In this document: one piece after another, positions 1-9,454 of the stretch
Layout: each line of letters starts with the position of its first letter
Numbering within the stretch: the stretch's first letter is position 1
From: Parcubacteria group bacterium
Lineage (GTDB): Bacteria > Patescibacteriota > Patescibacteriia > Buchananbacterales > UBA6539
DNA length: 64,000 nt
Reading direction: 5' to 3'
NCBI GenBank assembly: GCA_002687175.1
Contig: NYZP01000019.1
Location: 14,629 to 78,628, forward strand
Program-made: the position numbers and the translations under genes
Notes under the pieces: generated by a model
Database searches by the model: none
What the model was told of the DNA's origin: nothing
The model's input: the letters and a program-made list of their open reading frames with translations, nothing else

Positions 1-330
1 AGCCGCTTGTAATAAAATCTGGGTTCCAGTGACATTAGTTTTAACAAATGCTCCAGCATCAGTAATGGAACGGTCAACGTGTGACTCTGCCGCAAAATGA
101 ACGATTAAATCACACTCACTGACTAACGTTCCAACCACATCAACATTAGTAATACCTCCAAGTACAAATTTGTAATTATTATTTTTTTCAATCTCTTTCA
201 GATTTTCTAGATTTCCGGCATAAGTTAATTTATCTAAATTAACAATCTCATCACCTGGATGAGTCTTTAGCCAATAGCGAATAAAATTTGAACCGATAAA
301 ACCGGCTCCACCGGTAACAAGTAACTTCAT
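1..330 (-). CDS. rfbB: dTDP-glucose 4,6-dehydratase, N-terminal portion (gene continues beyond window start)
   Basis: Reverse translation from ATG at 330 gives MKLLVTGGAGFIGSNFIRYW...NLDKLTYAGNLENL...IVHFAAESHVDRSI...TNVTGTQILLQAA. This is the classic RmlB N-terminus: GxxGxxG Rossmann motif, then the DKLTYAGN and HFAAESHVDRS blocks. Confidence 0.8.
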   Translation of the reverse strand, partial: MKLLVTGGAGFIGSNFIRYWLKTHPGDEIVNLDKLTYAGNLENLKEIEKNNNYKFVLGGITNVDVVGTLVSECDLIVHFAAESHVDRSITDAGAFVKTNVTGTQILLQAA

Positions 331-332
331 AA

Positions 333-746
333 TTAGAATGCTTCTTTAATTTTTTTTAAGTATTCCTCTCTTTCACCCTCTTTATACTCTTTTTGTTTTA
401 AAAATCTAAAGCCATCATTGGCTACTCTGGGTACAACGTGAAAGTGACTGTGCTCAACAGTTTGTAGGGCAACTGGATCATTGTTAACTACTACATTATA
501 ACCTTCATAGCCTAAATTGTCTTTAATAATTTTTCCAACCTTTTTAACCATTTTAATGATAGCAACTAAATCTTCTTCTGGTGTTTCTTCTAAATTAGCA
601 TAATGTTTTTTAGTGGTAATTAAAGTGTGACCAGGGTGAACTGGTAGTTGATCTAAAAATACTATCAGTTGATCATCTTCAAATATTTTAGCTTCGTCGA
701 TTGGAATACCACCATCGACAATTTTACAAAAAATACAGTCAGGCAT
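333..746 (-). CDS. HIT-family (histidine triad) nucleotide hydrolase
   Basis: The ORF track protein contains MPDCIFCKI... and the HSHFHVVPR histidine triad (HxHxHxx). The likely true start is the internal Met (MPDCIF), which places the gene directly after the stop of the upstream gene at 748. Confidence 0.7.
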   Translation of the reverse strand: MPDCIFCKIVDGGIPIDEAKIFEDDQLIVFLDQLPVHPGHTLITTKKHYANLEETPEEDLVAIIKMVKKVGKIIKDNLGYEGYNVVVNNDPVALQTVEHSHFHVVPRVANDGFRFLKQKEYKEGEREEYLKKIKEAF

Positions 747-747
747 A

Positions 748-2439
748 CTACCTAGGTTCTTTAATCTTAAAAAAAACAAAATGCTCGTCTTCAAAAACTG
801 TAACAAAATATTGCTCATTTATCAAGTTTTTTGAAATTTTTATTTCTTCTTCACTGACTCCAGATGGGTAGTTATCTATACCAAAAATGACTGGGTAATA
901 TTCTTCAGCTTTAAAAAATAATAAGGCATCTACTTTGTCTATTGGAGAATTAATAAGTTTTTGATAAAAAGAATCGCTATCAACACTTGAAGCCAGCTCC
1001 GAAATAAATAAATGTCTTTCGGAAAAGTTAGCCGCGGGATGTGAAAAATGAATATTATAACTAATATAAAAATCAAGTGGTAAGTAAGCAGAAATTTGAG
1101 GAATACCGCTGGACAAAATAGTTAAATCTTGGATATTCTCAACATCTTTTAAATTATTAATTAAATTAACAAATTCCCCGCGTAAAGGTTGCTTCATTGT
1201 CACTAATTGTTTTTGAGTGTCTGGCTGATCCACAAAACTACCACCAAGCAGTTGATTGGCTAAAACCAACCAGCCTAAAATAAATAAACCAATTCTTATT
1301 TTTTCGCTTTTAATTTTTTCATTAATAAAAAAGCCGATGCCATAAGCTGCCGAAATTGTCAGAACCGCTCCACCTAAAAACAAAAACGGTTTTGCAGGTA
1401 GAAAAGTAACTTGCCAAAAAATTATGGTTAACAAATTAATAAACTGCCAAAGGTACATTGCTCCAAAAATCGTGGCTAGAGATTTAATAAAAGGTTTTGA
1501 CCAATAGAATATCATAGTCAATAAACCAACCAGAGATACTAAGCCAAAAATTGAAAACTCAAAGAATGGTAAATATAAATCTAAAAACTCAGGAATAAAA
1601 TAAGCTTGTGACCAATTCTCTGAACCAAAAGATATATACGAAGCAATCAGTGGCAGCAGAAATGGTGAAGAAACTATTATTGCTAAAATACCAACGATGG
1701 TTAATACGCTGAAATATCTCTTGGTGTTAACCTTACTAAAAAGTTTAAAAACCGTAAGAGCAATGGCAACTGGCAAAAACCAAAAATAGTAAGTCATAAA
1801 CAATAGGCCGCCAGTAAAACCATAAAAAATAACTTTTCCTAAATCAATTTTTTTATTTTCAAGGTCTGTCAATAAAAAAGCCGTCCAAAAAACTACCAAA
1901 ACGGCCGAGAGAAATTCATAAGGCTTTAAAATAATTGCCGTCCAATCCGCCACCACAAAAATTAAAGCCGAATTTAAAACTATTTGCCACTCGGCTAATT
2001 TTGTTTGCCAATGTGTTTTTTGCCAAACATAAACTATGAATGGTAGTAAAATTAAAACCAAGGTCACCCCTAATTGAGCAGCACTGATGCCATTAAGTTT
2101 AAACAAAAAAGCTAGTAAGCCAACTAGCCAAAAATAAAGTGGATGATAAAATGGCGGCAAGCTAGAGTAAAAAAAGTCAGAAAAGAATTGGCCGGCGGCC
2201 ATTTTTTGTAAAAAGGCAGTAACAAAAATTTCATCACCTTGTAATCCCCACCAAGTTAGCTGTGAACCGTAGATTAAAGCTAAATAAGTAGCCCCCAAAA
2301 AACCAGCTATTAAGCTGATAAACACAGTTGGCTTTTTTATTTTGAAATAAAATAATATTCCTAAACCAATAAACAAATAAAAAAGCAGTTTAACAGCTGC
2401 GATTTGCCATATTTCGCTACCAGTTAAAATCAGATCCAT
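748..2439 (-). CDS. large polytopic membrane protein, putative GT-C-type glycosyltransferase
   Basis: 563 aa. The N-terminal ~400 aa are strongly hydrophobic with many predicted TM helices, followed by a soluble C-terminal domain. It sits in the glycan locus. Fold assignment is inferred from architecture only. Confidence 0.4.
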   Translation of the reverse strand: MDLILTGSEIWQIAAVKLLFYLFIGLGILFYFKIKKPTVFISLIAGFLGATYLALIYGSQLTWWGLQGDEIFVTAFLQKMAAGQFFSDFFYSSLPPFYHPLYFWLVGLLAFLFKLNGISAAQLGVTLVLILLPFIVYVWQKTHWQTKLAEWQIVLNSALIFVVADWTAIILKPYEFLSAVLVVFWTAFLLTDLENKKIDLGKVIFYGFTGGLLFMTYYFWFLPVAIALTVFKLFSKVNTKRYFSVLTIVGILAIIVSSPFLLPLIASYISFGSENWSQAYFIPEFLDLYLPFFEFSIFGLVSLVGLLTMIFYWSKPFIKSLATIFGAMYLWQFINLLTIIFWQVTFLPAKPFLFLGGAVLTISAAYGIGFFINEKIKSEKIRIGLFILGWLVLANQLLGGSFVDQPDTQKQLVTMKQPLRGEFVNLINNLKDVENIQDLTILSSGIPQISAYLPLDFYISYNIHFSHPAANFSERHLFISELASSVDSDSFYQKLINSPIDKVDALLFFKAEEYYPVIFGIDNYPSGVSEEEIKISKNLINEQYFVTVFEDEHFVFFKIKEPR

Positions 2440-2471
2440 AGTAACTTAAATGATTGACTATTAATAATTAG

Positions 2472-2678
2472 CTATTTCTTGGTAATCAGTATTATAGCGC
2501 TAATTATAGCAATAATCAAGAGCCAGATCGGATTTAACCAATTGGTGACAAAGCCGGGCACCAGATAATCAATAGCTAATAAAACAGCAAAACCAATAAA
2601 GGTAAACCGAAAAACTAATTCCGCTAGGCCGTACCAGAATTTTTCTTCATACTGCAAAAAATCAAACTTCATTTTCAT
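2472..2678 (-). CDS. small membrane protein (2 predicted TM helices)
   Basis: 68 aa hydrophobic ORF. Its start overlaps the stop of the downstream ORF (2675-2678), suggesting translational coupling. Confidence 0.4.
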   Translation of the reverse strand: MKMKFDFLQYEEKFWYGLAELVFRFTFIGFAVLLAIDYLVPGFVTNWLNPIWLLIIAIISAIILITKK

Positions 2679-3196
2679 TTTTTTAGAATTACTTTTAATT
2701 GCTTAATTTGTAACTCCCCTTCTTTATCAGTTAATGATGTTGGCTCGGTAGAAATTAAAAAACGATTAATATTTTTTGGAGAATAAACATCAGCTAAGGT
2801 AAAATAAAAAACTGCCTTTTGCCAACCATCTTCTTGGTCAGTATTAATGGTAGCGGTTTTAACGTCATAATTAAATCCCGGACCGGCTTGCCCGCCAACT
2901 CCAGCTAGGCTAAGACCCTCTTCCTTATAAATCAAATGAACTTGGGCTTCTTTAAACCAAGGCATTGCTCGCAAATCAAAATAGATTGGACTTTCCAAAA
3001 CAGTTTGATAACCTTCAACCAATTTAACTCTTGGTTCGGGTCCCAGTTTAGAAATCGCCGGTAAATCTTGGCCTAACTCTGACTCAATAATTAAAGCATC
3101 GTATGACGGAAAATTAATATTAACCAGCCATATTGCAAAACCAATTGTTATGGCGGCGAAAACTAAACTGATTCTTTTTAACCAAGTTTTTTTCAT
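2675..3196 (-). CDS. membrane-anchored exported protein, unknown function
   Basis: 173 aa with an N-terminal signal/anchor (MKKTWLKRISLVFAAITIGFAIWLV). It overlaps the start of the upstream GT-C gene by 4 bp. Confidence 0.5.
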   Translation of the reverse strand: MKKTWLKRISLVFAAITIGFAIWLVNINFPSYDALIIESELGQDLPAISKLGPEPRVKLVEGYQTVLESPIYFDLRAMPWFKEAQVHLIYKEEGLSLAGVGGQAGPGFNYDVKTATINTDQEDGWQKAVFYFTLADVYSPKNINRFLISTEPTSLTDKEGELQIKQLKVILKK

Positions 3197-4764
3197 TTGA
3201 TCTTATATAATAATTCTTGACCAACATTAGTAACTAATTCAAGTTGCAAACCACGTTCCAAATCTAAAGTCGACTCCGGAGCTAAAGCATAATAATAAAC
3301 TGGAACAGCTTCTAATAAGCCTGGTAATAAATCTATAAGTGAGTCATTACGTGATAAAGCTTCAAATGAATGAATTACTCTACGGTCTGGAAAAAAAAGT
3401 TTATCTTTACGAACAGTAACTATCACTGCTTCTGGTTCCGTTAATTCAATGACCTTTGAAGCATTTTCTTTATAAGAAACAATCCGATTGCGTACTGGCA
3501 AAATACTATCAGGTTTTTTCTGTAATACTAAGTTGGCAGAACTATAAAATAAAAAAACTAGCAATAGGAATAAAACGATATTACGAAAACGACGTTTTAC
3601 AAAATTAGTTAAAAAAATTAAACCAATAGCGACAAACGGCAAAGCCAGTAAATAAAGTGGTAGCCAGTATCTGACATACGAAAGTCCTAAAGTATTTAAA
3701 TGTACGGTCAGTAAATCAGTAAACAGCCAGCTACCGTAATAAATAATAAGCCAACCAAAAATAAATAGACTAATACCCATGTAACCAAAGATTTCAATTT
3801 TTTGTTTACCGGTTTGAGTTAAAAAAGCAACTAATCCCAGTATTGCTAAAAGTGACAGCCACCACAAATTTGATAAGTAGTGATTCCAAAAATTTAGAAC
3901 CGCAGTGGTCGGATGAAAGCCAAAAGGTAAAATTAATGATTTAGCAATTTGGCAACTGTGACAAATTGATTCTGACCCTGCGTCAAGCTGACTGTAACCA
4001 GAGGTTAGAAAATTACCATAAATACTTTTTTGTTGATAAATTGCTGGACTAAAAACTATGACAGCCACCGCTAAAAATAAAATTATTTTAGTAAAACTTA
4101 TTTTACTTCTTAAATATACAAAAATAGAAGCATAAGTAGCCATTAGCCAAATAATTTCTGCAGGCCTAATAGCTACAGCCAAACCAGTCAACAAACCAGA
4201 TATTAATATTTGCGATAAGCTTAATTTATTACCTCTAAATAAAAAATAAATTGCTACTAAAATTAATGAAACAAAGGCGACATTAGGTAACATTGAAGTA
4301 ACCGAATAGTACCACCAGGCCGGATGAGCCAGCATCAGAATAGCAGCTAAAAAAGCTATTTGATTATTAAAAATTCTTCTGATAATACCGTAAAATGCTA
4401 AAACTCCTAAAATTGAGAGAATCGGCGTAAAATAGATTATCGCTTTAGTGCTAAATATTTTTGCTAAAGTGCCATAAAATAAAATTAATCCTAAAAAACT
4501 ACCAGGCACTAAGGCGCCATCGTCACGGACATTAAAACTTCGGGGATGAATTTGATTCTTAGCAATTATATTTAATGGTTCATCAATGATTAGTTGACCA
4601 GTTTGGGCATAATTGACTGACCAAAAATAGTTAGTGGTCTCGTCAGGCCAATCAAAACGATGGCTAACATTAGCTTCGGTTCGTCCTGGTGTCACCAACC
4701 AAAAATAAACACCCCCCATCAAGATGCTTAGAAAAACTAAAATAAAAATCTGCTTTTTAACCAT
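3193..4764 (-). CDS. ArnT/PMT-like GT-C family glycosyltransferase (polyprenyl-phosphate sugar dependent)
   Basis: 523 aa with ~11 predicted TM helices. An acidic DWPDET motif in the first periplasmic loop after TM1 resembles the GT39/GT83 loop motif. There is a soluble C-terminal domain. Confidence 0.55.
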   Translation of the reverse strand: MVKKQIFILVFLSILMGGVYFWLVTPGRTEANVSHRFDWPDETTNYFWSVNYAQTGQLIIDEPLNIIAKNQIHPRSFNVRDDGALVPGSFLGLILFYGTLAKIFSTKAIIYFTPILSILGVLAFYGIIRRIFNNQIAFLAAILMLAHPAWWYYSVTSMLPNVAFVSLILVAIYFLFRGNKLSLSQILISGLLTGLAVAIRPAEIIWLMATYASIFVYLRSKISFTKIILFLAVAVIVFSPAIYQQKSIYGNFLTSGYSQLDAGSESICHSCQIAKSLILPFGFHPTTAVLNFWNHYLSNLWWLSLLAILGLVAFLTQTGKQKIEIFGYMGISLFIFGWLIIYYGSWLFTDLLTVHLNTLGLSYVRYWLPLYLLALPFVAIGLIFLTNFVKRRFRNIVLFLLLVFLFYSSANLVLQKKPDSILPVRNRIVSYKENASKVIELTEPEAVIVTVRKDKLFFPDRRVIHSFEALSRNDSLIDLLPGLLEAVPVYYYALAPESTLDLERGLQLELVTNVGQELLYKIK

Positions 4765-4827
4765 GTTCTAATTATAGCAAAAAAAGCTCTTTTTGTGATA
4801 GAATGAATGTATTAAAATAAAATTCCC

Positions 4828-6924
4828 ATGGAGGAAAAGATTACTAAAGTAAAATATTTATCTGTCACTTTAATATTAGGTTTAATAGTGACTTTTAATT
4901 TTTTAAGTTTGTACAATCAAACAATTGGCCTACTAGCGGGCCTGGCTTATATTATTTTTTACAGTTTTATTTTTGGCTCAATTTTTATTAGTCAAAAACC
5001 TTGGCAGTCACTATTTGGTCTGCTTTTTTTTATTTCCCTAGTATCAATCGTTAGTGCTTTGGCTATTTATTTCTACAAGTTTAATGACATGTTCTTCATA
5101 ATTTTAATTTGGATAATTCCCCTGTTTCTCATTAATCCTTATTATAAAATTAGACCCCAAGAAAAATTTTCCTTGCCCAAACTTTTAAAAAAATATTTAG
5201 AAAAAGTTAGGCATCGTAAAGAACATAAATTACATTTTCTGCTGGTTATTCTGTATCTGGTTCTAACTAGTCTGAATTTTATTTTATTATTCTATGGTCA
5301 AACCATAGAATCAATTCAAGCTCCCTGGCAAGTGGTTCCCAGTGTATTTTTATTAATATATTTCTTGGCCACTCTTTGTTTATTAATCTATGTGTTTAAT
5401 GCTAAAAGGACAAAATTGCCTTTAATCTTAATAAGCATCCACACTTTTTTAAGTAGCTCCATTGCTTTAATAGTATATAAAATTGGCTACGGTTTCGACC
5501 CCTTCATTCATCAAGCCACCGAAAAGATTATCAACCAAACTGGTTCAATTGACCCAACACCTCTTTATTACTTAGGACAATATGGGTTGGTAGTTTTTTT
5601 ACATAAATTAACTTTAATTGATTTAGTAATACTTGATCGGTTATTAGTACCAGTATTATTTTCTCTATTATTACCATCAATTACTTTTTATGTTTTTAGT
5701 AAATGGATTCCCAAAAATTATGCTTTGATTTTATCCTTAGTTACTTTGATTATCCCCTATTCAAGTTTCATCATGACTGCCCCCCAAAATTTGGCAAATC
5801 TTTTTTTTATCATTACTATTTTGCTTTCCCTGCTTTATTTTAGAAACCAACTACCGGTGTCAATTCTTTACTTATTAACTATTACCACTTTGGTGATTCA
5901 CCCCCTAGCCGGTATTCCATTACTGATCACGGTTTTGCTAATCAATCTATTTAAAATGATGTATTCCAGTTATATAAAATCAATGAGTCTTTATTTCTTT
6001 GCCTCGTTGGTCTTTGTTTTATTTTTACCATTAGCATTTATGATTAATGGTTCTAATCTAAAGTTATCTATGCCAATATTTTCCAAAGTTGATTTCCCTT
6101 TACCTGTTTGGCTGGACCGCTTTGATCTACCACTTAATTTAGTTTATTTAATCAACTTTAATCAGGCGATCTTCGCTGGGTTGATTATACTAATTGGCAT
6201 AGTTTATATTGCCAAAAATAATTTGTTAAAAAACAATGCCCCCTATCTAATGGCCGCCTTTATAATTTTTTCCAATTTTATTATTACCAAGTATTTTTTA
6301 ACCTTTCCGGACTTAAGAATTTTTGATCAAAACTCTTTTGTCAGTCGTTTATCTGTCCTGACTTTTTACACTTTGCTCCCCTTCTTTTTAATTGGGCTTT
6401 ACGTAACTATTAAAAATGTCTGGACAAAAGATATTTATTTAAAATCATTTTTGGTACTTACTCTGGCTGGCGGGCTGACAATCTCGCTCTATCTTTCCTA
6501 TCCTAGATTTAATCAATTTGAACCAGCTAAATTTTTCAGTTTATCACAACACGATATTAACGCGGTTAATTTAATTGAAAAAACTGCTTCACCTCAACAC
6601 ATTGTCTTGGCTAACCAAATGGTTGGTGTTGCTGCGATAAAAGAATTTGGTTTTAAACAATATTATGACAATCAATTCTTTTACTCAATGCCCATGGGTT
6701 CTCCTCGAACCTTTTATGATCATTTCTTAGCTATGACCCATGAAGGTGCAAAAAAACAGACTATGGAGTCTGTGATGGACGAAGCCGGAGTTGATGAAGC
6801 CTATTTTGTGTTAAACAGCTACTGGCGAGATTTTGATAAAATTGCAACACAGGCACGACAATCAGCGGAAACGGTTTATGATATTGATGAAGGTAAAATC
6901 TTGATTTTTAAGTATATTAGGTGA
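4828..6924 (+). CDS. large polytopic membrane protein (YfhO/GT-C-like), unknown function
   Basis: 698 aa, highly hydrophobic, with many predicted TM helices and a ~150 aa soluble C-terminal domain. An extended -10 element (TGtgATAGAAT) lies upstream at ~4795. Confidence 0.4.
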   Translation: MEEKITKVKYLSVTLILGLIVTFNFLSLYNQTIGLLAGLAYIIFYSFIFGSIFISQKPWQSLFGLLFFISLVSIVSALAIYFYKFNDMFFIILIWIIPLFLINPYYKIRPQEKFSLPKLLKKYLEKVRHRKEHKLHFLLVILYLVLTSLNFILLFYGQTIESIQAPWQVVPSVFLLIYFLATLCLLIYVFNAKRTKLPLILISIHTFLSSSIALIVYKIGYGFDPFIHQATEKIINQTGSIDPTPLYYLGQYGLVVFLHKLTLIDLVILDRLLVPVLFSLLLPSITFYVFSKWIPKNYALILSLVTLIIPYSSFIMTAPQNLANLFFIITILLSLLYFRNQLPVSILYLLTITTLVIHPLAGIPLLITVLLINLFKMMYSSYIKSMSLYFFASLVFVLFLPLAFMINGSNLKLSMPIFSKVDFPLPVWLDRFDLPLNLVYLINFNQAIFAGLIILIGIVYIAKNNLLKNNAPYLMAAFIIFSNFIITKYFLTFPDLRIFDQNSFVSRLSVLTFYTLLPFFLIGLYVTIKNVWTKDIYLKSFLVLTLAGGLTISLYLSYPRFNQFEPAKFFSLSQHDINAVNLIEKTASPQHIVLANQMVGVAAIKEFGFKQYYDNQFFYSMPMGSPRTFYDHFLAMTHEGAKKQTMESVMDEAGVDEAYFVLNSYWRDFDKIATQARQSAETVYDIDEGKILIFKYIR

Positions 6925-6935
6925 CTCTGTTTTCC

Positions 6936-7054
6936 TTCTGTCATTCTGAGACCTCCTCTATTGTCATCCTGAGCGAAGCGAAGGATCTCTGGTGTTAAGA
7001 CGTAAGTAATATCACCAGAGATTCTTCGGCCTTCGGCCTCAGAATGACAGGAGG
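6936..7054. repeat. MITE-like palindromic intergenic element A
   Basis: Terminal inverted repeat CTGTCATTCTGAG (6938-6950) / CTCAGAATGACAG (7038-7050). There is an internal hairpin GAAGGATCTCTGGTG...CACCAGAGATTCTTC and a GGCCTTCGGCC mini-hairpin. A second half-site TTGTCATCCTGAGCGAAGCGAAGG lies at 6961-6984. The element fills the whole convergent gap between two genes. Confidence 0.6.
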
Positions 7055-7064
7055 AAAAAATGTT

Positions 7065-8237
7065 TTACACAAGCTTAGTGAGTTGTTTAATATAATTCGC
7101 CACCGAGAAGTTTCTGATGGACACAAAACAATTCTTGCGAAGCTTTTCAATATTTTCCGGATGATTTAAAAAGTGTTCCAATACTTCAATTAAAATTTTC
7201 TCATTACCGGGCACGAAAGTAAAACCATTATAATCGTCTTTTACAATCTCCGACACTCCCCCAATGTCCGCGGCAATCACTGGAACATTAGCCACCAAAC
7301 TTTCATCAATTACTTTAGGTGAATTTTCATAAACCAATGACGGCACTATCGTTAAATCCGTCTGACGATAATGCTCGGCCAACTTCGGCTGTTCAACATG
7401 GCCAATTAAATTAAACCGTTGATCATCTTTAATCGCTTGCTTAACATCTTTTTCCGCGCCACCAGAACCAATAATCTTCAACTGCCAATTAGTGGGGGTT
7501 ATTTTTTTAAGCGCTTCAATTAAAAATAAGATGCCTTTAAACTTTTCCAGCTGGCCAATAAACAGTAAATTAATTTTCCGGTTACCAATATCTTCTTGAT
7601 CTTCGCGTTTCTCTACTTGTTTAAATACCACTGGATTGGGCATGATTAGCTTTTTAGATTCATAAAAAAATCCTCGGGCTTGGTAATAACCTTGAAGCCA
7701 ACGCGATGGTGAAATTACAATATCGGGATTGCCAAACAACCGTTTAATGGTTTTCTCATAAACTTTGTCGATAATAAAGAAAGGTTTTTCCACTCCAAAG
7801 ATAATTAAACCAGATGGTCTTGATAACTGAACATCGTGAACCGTGTGAATGTGTTGAATTTTTAAACTCTTAATAGCCCTGGGTACCAAATAACCAATCC
7901 CTTTTAGATTATGGCTCATCACCACTTTTGGCTTTTCTTCCCGTAAAATCTTTTTAACTGAAAAATAAGAACTTAAATTAAAAACATCCAACGGATGCCA
8001 AAAAATACGTAACCAAATCGGCCGCTTGTTAATGTCTAAAAAAGAAAAAATATTAAGCGGCGTAATCCGGTGAATGGTTAGGTTGCCTTCCTTGCTAACT
8101 CCCTTTTTTCGGCCAACAGTAATTAACACCACTTCGTGCCCCAACTTCAAAAGCTCGTGGACAATAATTTCCACCACCACTTCCGCTCCCCCGCGAGTGT
8201 AAGGTTTATATAAGCTATGTATTAGACAGATTTTCAT
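7065..8237 (-). CDS. GT4 family glycosyltransferase (GT-B fold)
   Basis: Likely start at the internal MKICLIHSLYKPYTRGGAEVVV. A C-terminal EX7E-type block (SLVYENSPKVIDESLVANVPVIAADIGGVSEIV) is typical of GT4 retaining transferases. Confidence 0.8.
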   Translation of the reverse strand: MKICLIHSLYKPYTRGGAEVVVEIIVHELLKLGHEVVLITVGRKKGVSKEGNLTIHRITPLNIFSFLDINKRPIWLRIFWHPLDVFNLSSYFSVKKILREEKPKVVMSHNLKGIGYLVPRAIKSLKIQHIHTVHDVQLSRPSGLIIFGVEKPFFIIDKVYEKTIKRLFGNPDIVISPSRWLQGYYQARGFFYESKKLIMPNPVVFKQVEKREDQEDIGNRKINLLFIGQLEKFKGILFLIEALKKITPTNWQLKIIGSGGAEKDVKQAIKDDQRFNLIGHVEQPKLAEHYRQTDLTIVPSLVYENSPKVIDESLVANVPVIAADIGGVSEIVKDDYNGFTFVPGNEKILIEVLEHFLNHPENIEKLRKNCFVSIRNFSVANYIKQLTKLV

Positions 8238-8333
8238 AAATAGTTTATAAATAATATATACTTTAGCCAAAAAAGTCAATAAATTTTATATATCTACTAG
8301 TAATCAACTTAATTAATAATTAAACATAAAATT

Positions 8334-8594
8334 ATGTCCAAAGAACAAGGTCCATCTCCTGAAGAAATGGGTATAAAAAATGAAAATTCTGATGATGCAA
8401 AATTAAAAGAGTTTTGGGATCAGTATTCTACTGAAGAATTAAAAAGAGCAATTGAACCAGGTGATCCTATGGATGATATGTGGGGTATGACTCCAGATGC
8501 TGGTGAATTAGGTGAAGATTTCAATCCAACTAAAAGTAGTAAAGATGTTGTAAATAAAATTTTAGAAGAAAGAGGAGAAAATGTTGATAATTAA
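8334..8594 (+). CDS. small acidic hypothetical protein
   Basis: 86 aa ORF rich in D/E, placed 9 bp upstream of the methyltransferase gene. No recognisable motif. Confidence 0.4.
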   Translation: MSKEQGPSPEEMGIKNENSDDAKLKEFWDQYSTEELKRAIEPGDPMDDMWGMTPDAGELGEDFNPTKSSKDVVNKILEERGENVDN

Positions 8595-8602
8595 ATAAAA
8601 AA

Positions 8603-9451
8603 ATGGATCAAAAACAACAAGAACAATTAGAACAACAACGACAAACCTGGGATAAATTTTCCGCTGGTTGGAAAAAATGGGACGAGCTTTTAATGAGTAA
8701 AATGCGTCCGGTTAGTGAGGCCTTAATTGACTCTCTCACCATTAACGACAATGACTCTATCCTTGATGTTGCTTCCGGCACTGGCGAACCAGGTTTAACT
8801 TTAGCTAAAAAATTTCCTAATGCCCGAGTTACTGGCAGTGACTTGTCCGAACAAATGGTCAAGATTGCCAATGAACATGCCAAACAAAGAAATATTGCCA
8901 ATTACTTTAGTGTTCATGCTGATGCTTCTAACATGCCCTCTTTTGAAGATAACCAGTTTGACGGTTTGATTTGTCGCTTTGGTATCATGTTTATGCCCGA
9001 CCTGGACGGTTCGCTAAAAGAAATGGTTAGAGTGGTTAAACTAGGAGCTACCTTTTCCGTCGCTGTTTGGGCGGCACCACAATTTAATGATTTGTTGACC
9101 ACTATTGGTAAAATTGTTAGACATCAATTAAATATACCGGAACCTCCAGTAGACGTACCTGGTATATTTCGCTGTGCTCAAGAAGGTTTTACTTCAGGTA
9201 AGCTGGAGACGGCCGGACTTAATGAAGTTAAAGAATTTGAAATTGAAGGCGTTTCTGATTTTGATTCGCCAGAACATTACTGGGAAGTGATGTCCGACAT
9301 TGCCGGACCAATCATGGATGCCTTGAAAAAAGCCGATGAAGAAACTCAACAAGTAGTTAAAAAAGCAGTTTTGGAAGCAGCCGAAAAATTTGTGGTTGAC
9401 GGCAAGGTAAAATTAAACTGGAAAGCAATTATTGCCACCGGAATTAAATAA
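8603..9451 (+). CDS. class I SAM-dependent methyltransferase
   Basis: Motif I ILDVASGTGEPG and an acidic post-I block (SDLSEQMV), consistent with the Methyltransf_11/25 family. Its GC is moderately higher (~40%) than the neighbouring genes. Confidence 0.7.
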   Translation: MDQKQQEQLEQQRQTWDKFSAGWKKWDELLMSKMRPVSEALIDSLTINDNDSILDVASGTGEPGLTLAKKFPNARVTGSDLSEQMVKIANEHAKQRNIANYFSVHADASNMPSFEDNQFDGLICRFGIMFMPDLDGSLKEMVRVVKLGATFSVAVWAAPQFNDLLTTIGKIVRHQLNIPEPPVDVPGIFRCAQEGFTSGKLETAGLNEVKEFEIEGVSDFDSPEHYWEVMSDIAGPIMDALKKADEETQQVVKKAVLEAAEKFVVDGKVKLNWKAIIATGIK

Positions 9452-9454
9452 AAG

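Noticed and set aside
8608-9102. Minus-strand ORFs 8608-8901 and 8914-9102 antisense to the methyltransferase gene
   Set aside because: They lie fully inside a gene with clear SAM-methyltransferase motifs. There is no RBS and they are Cys/Ser-rich low-complexity. They are antisense artefacts.
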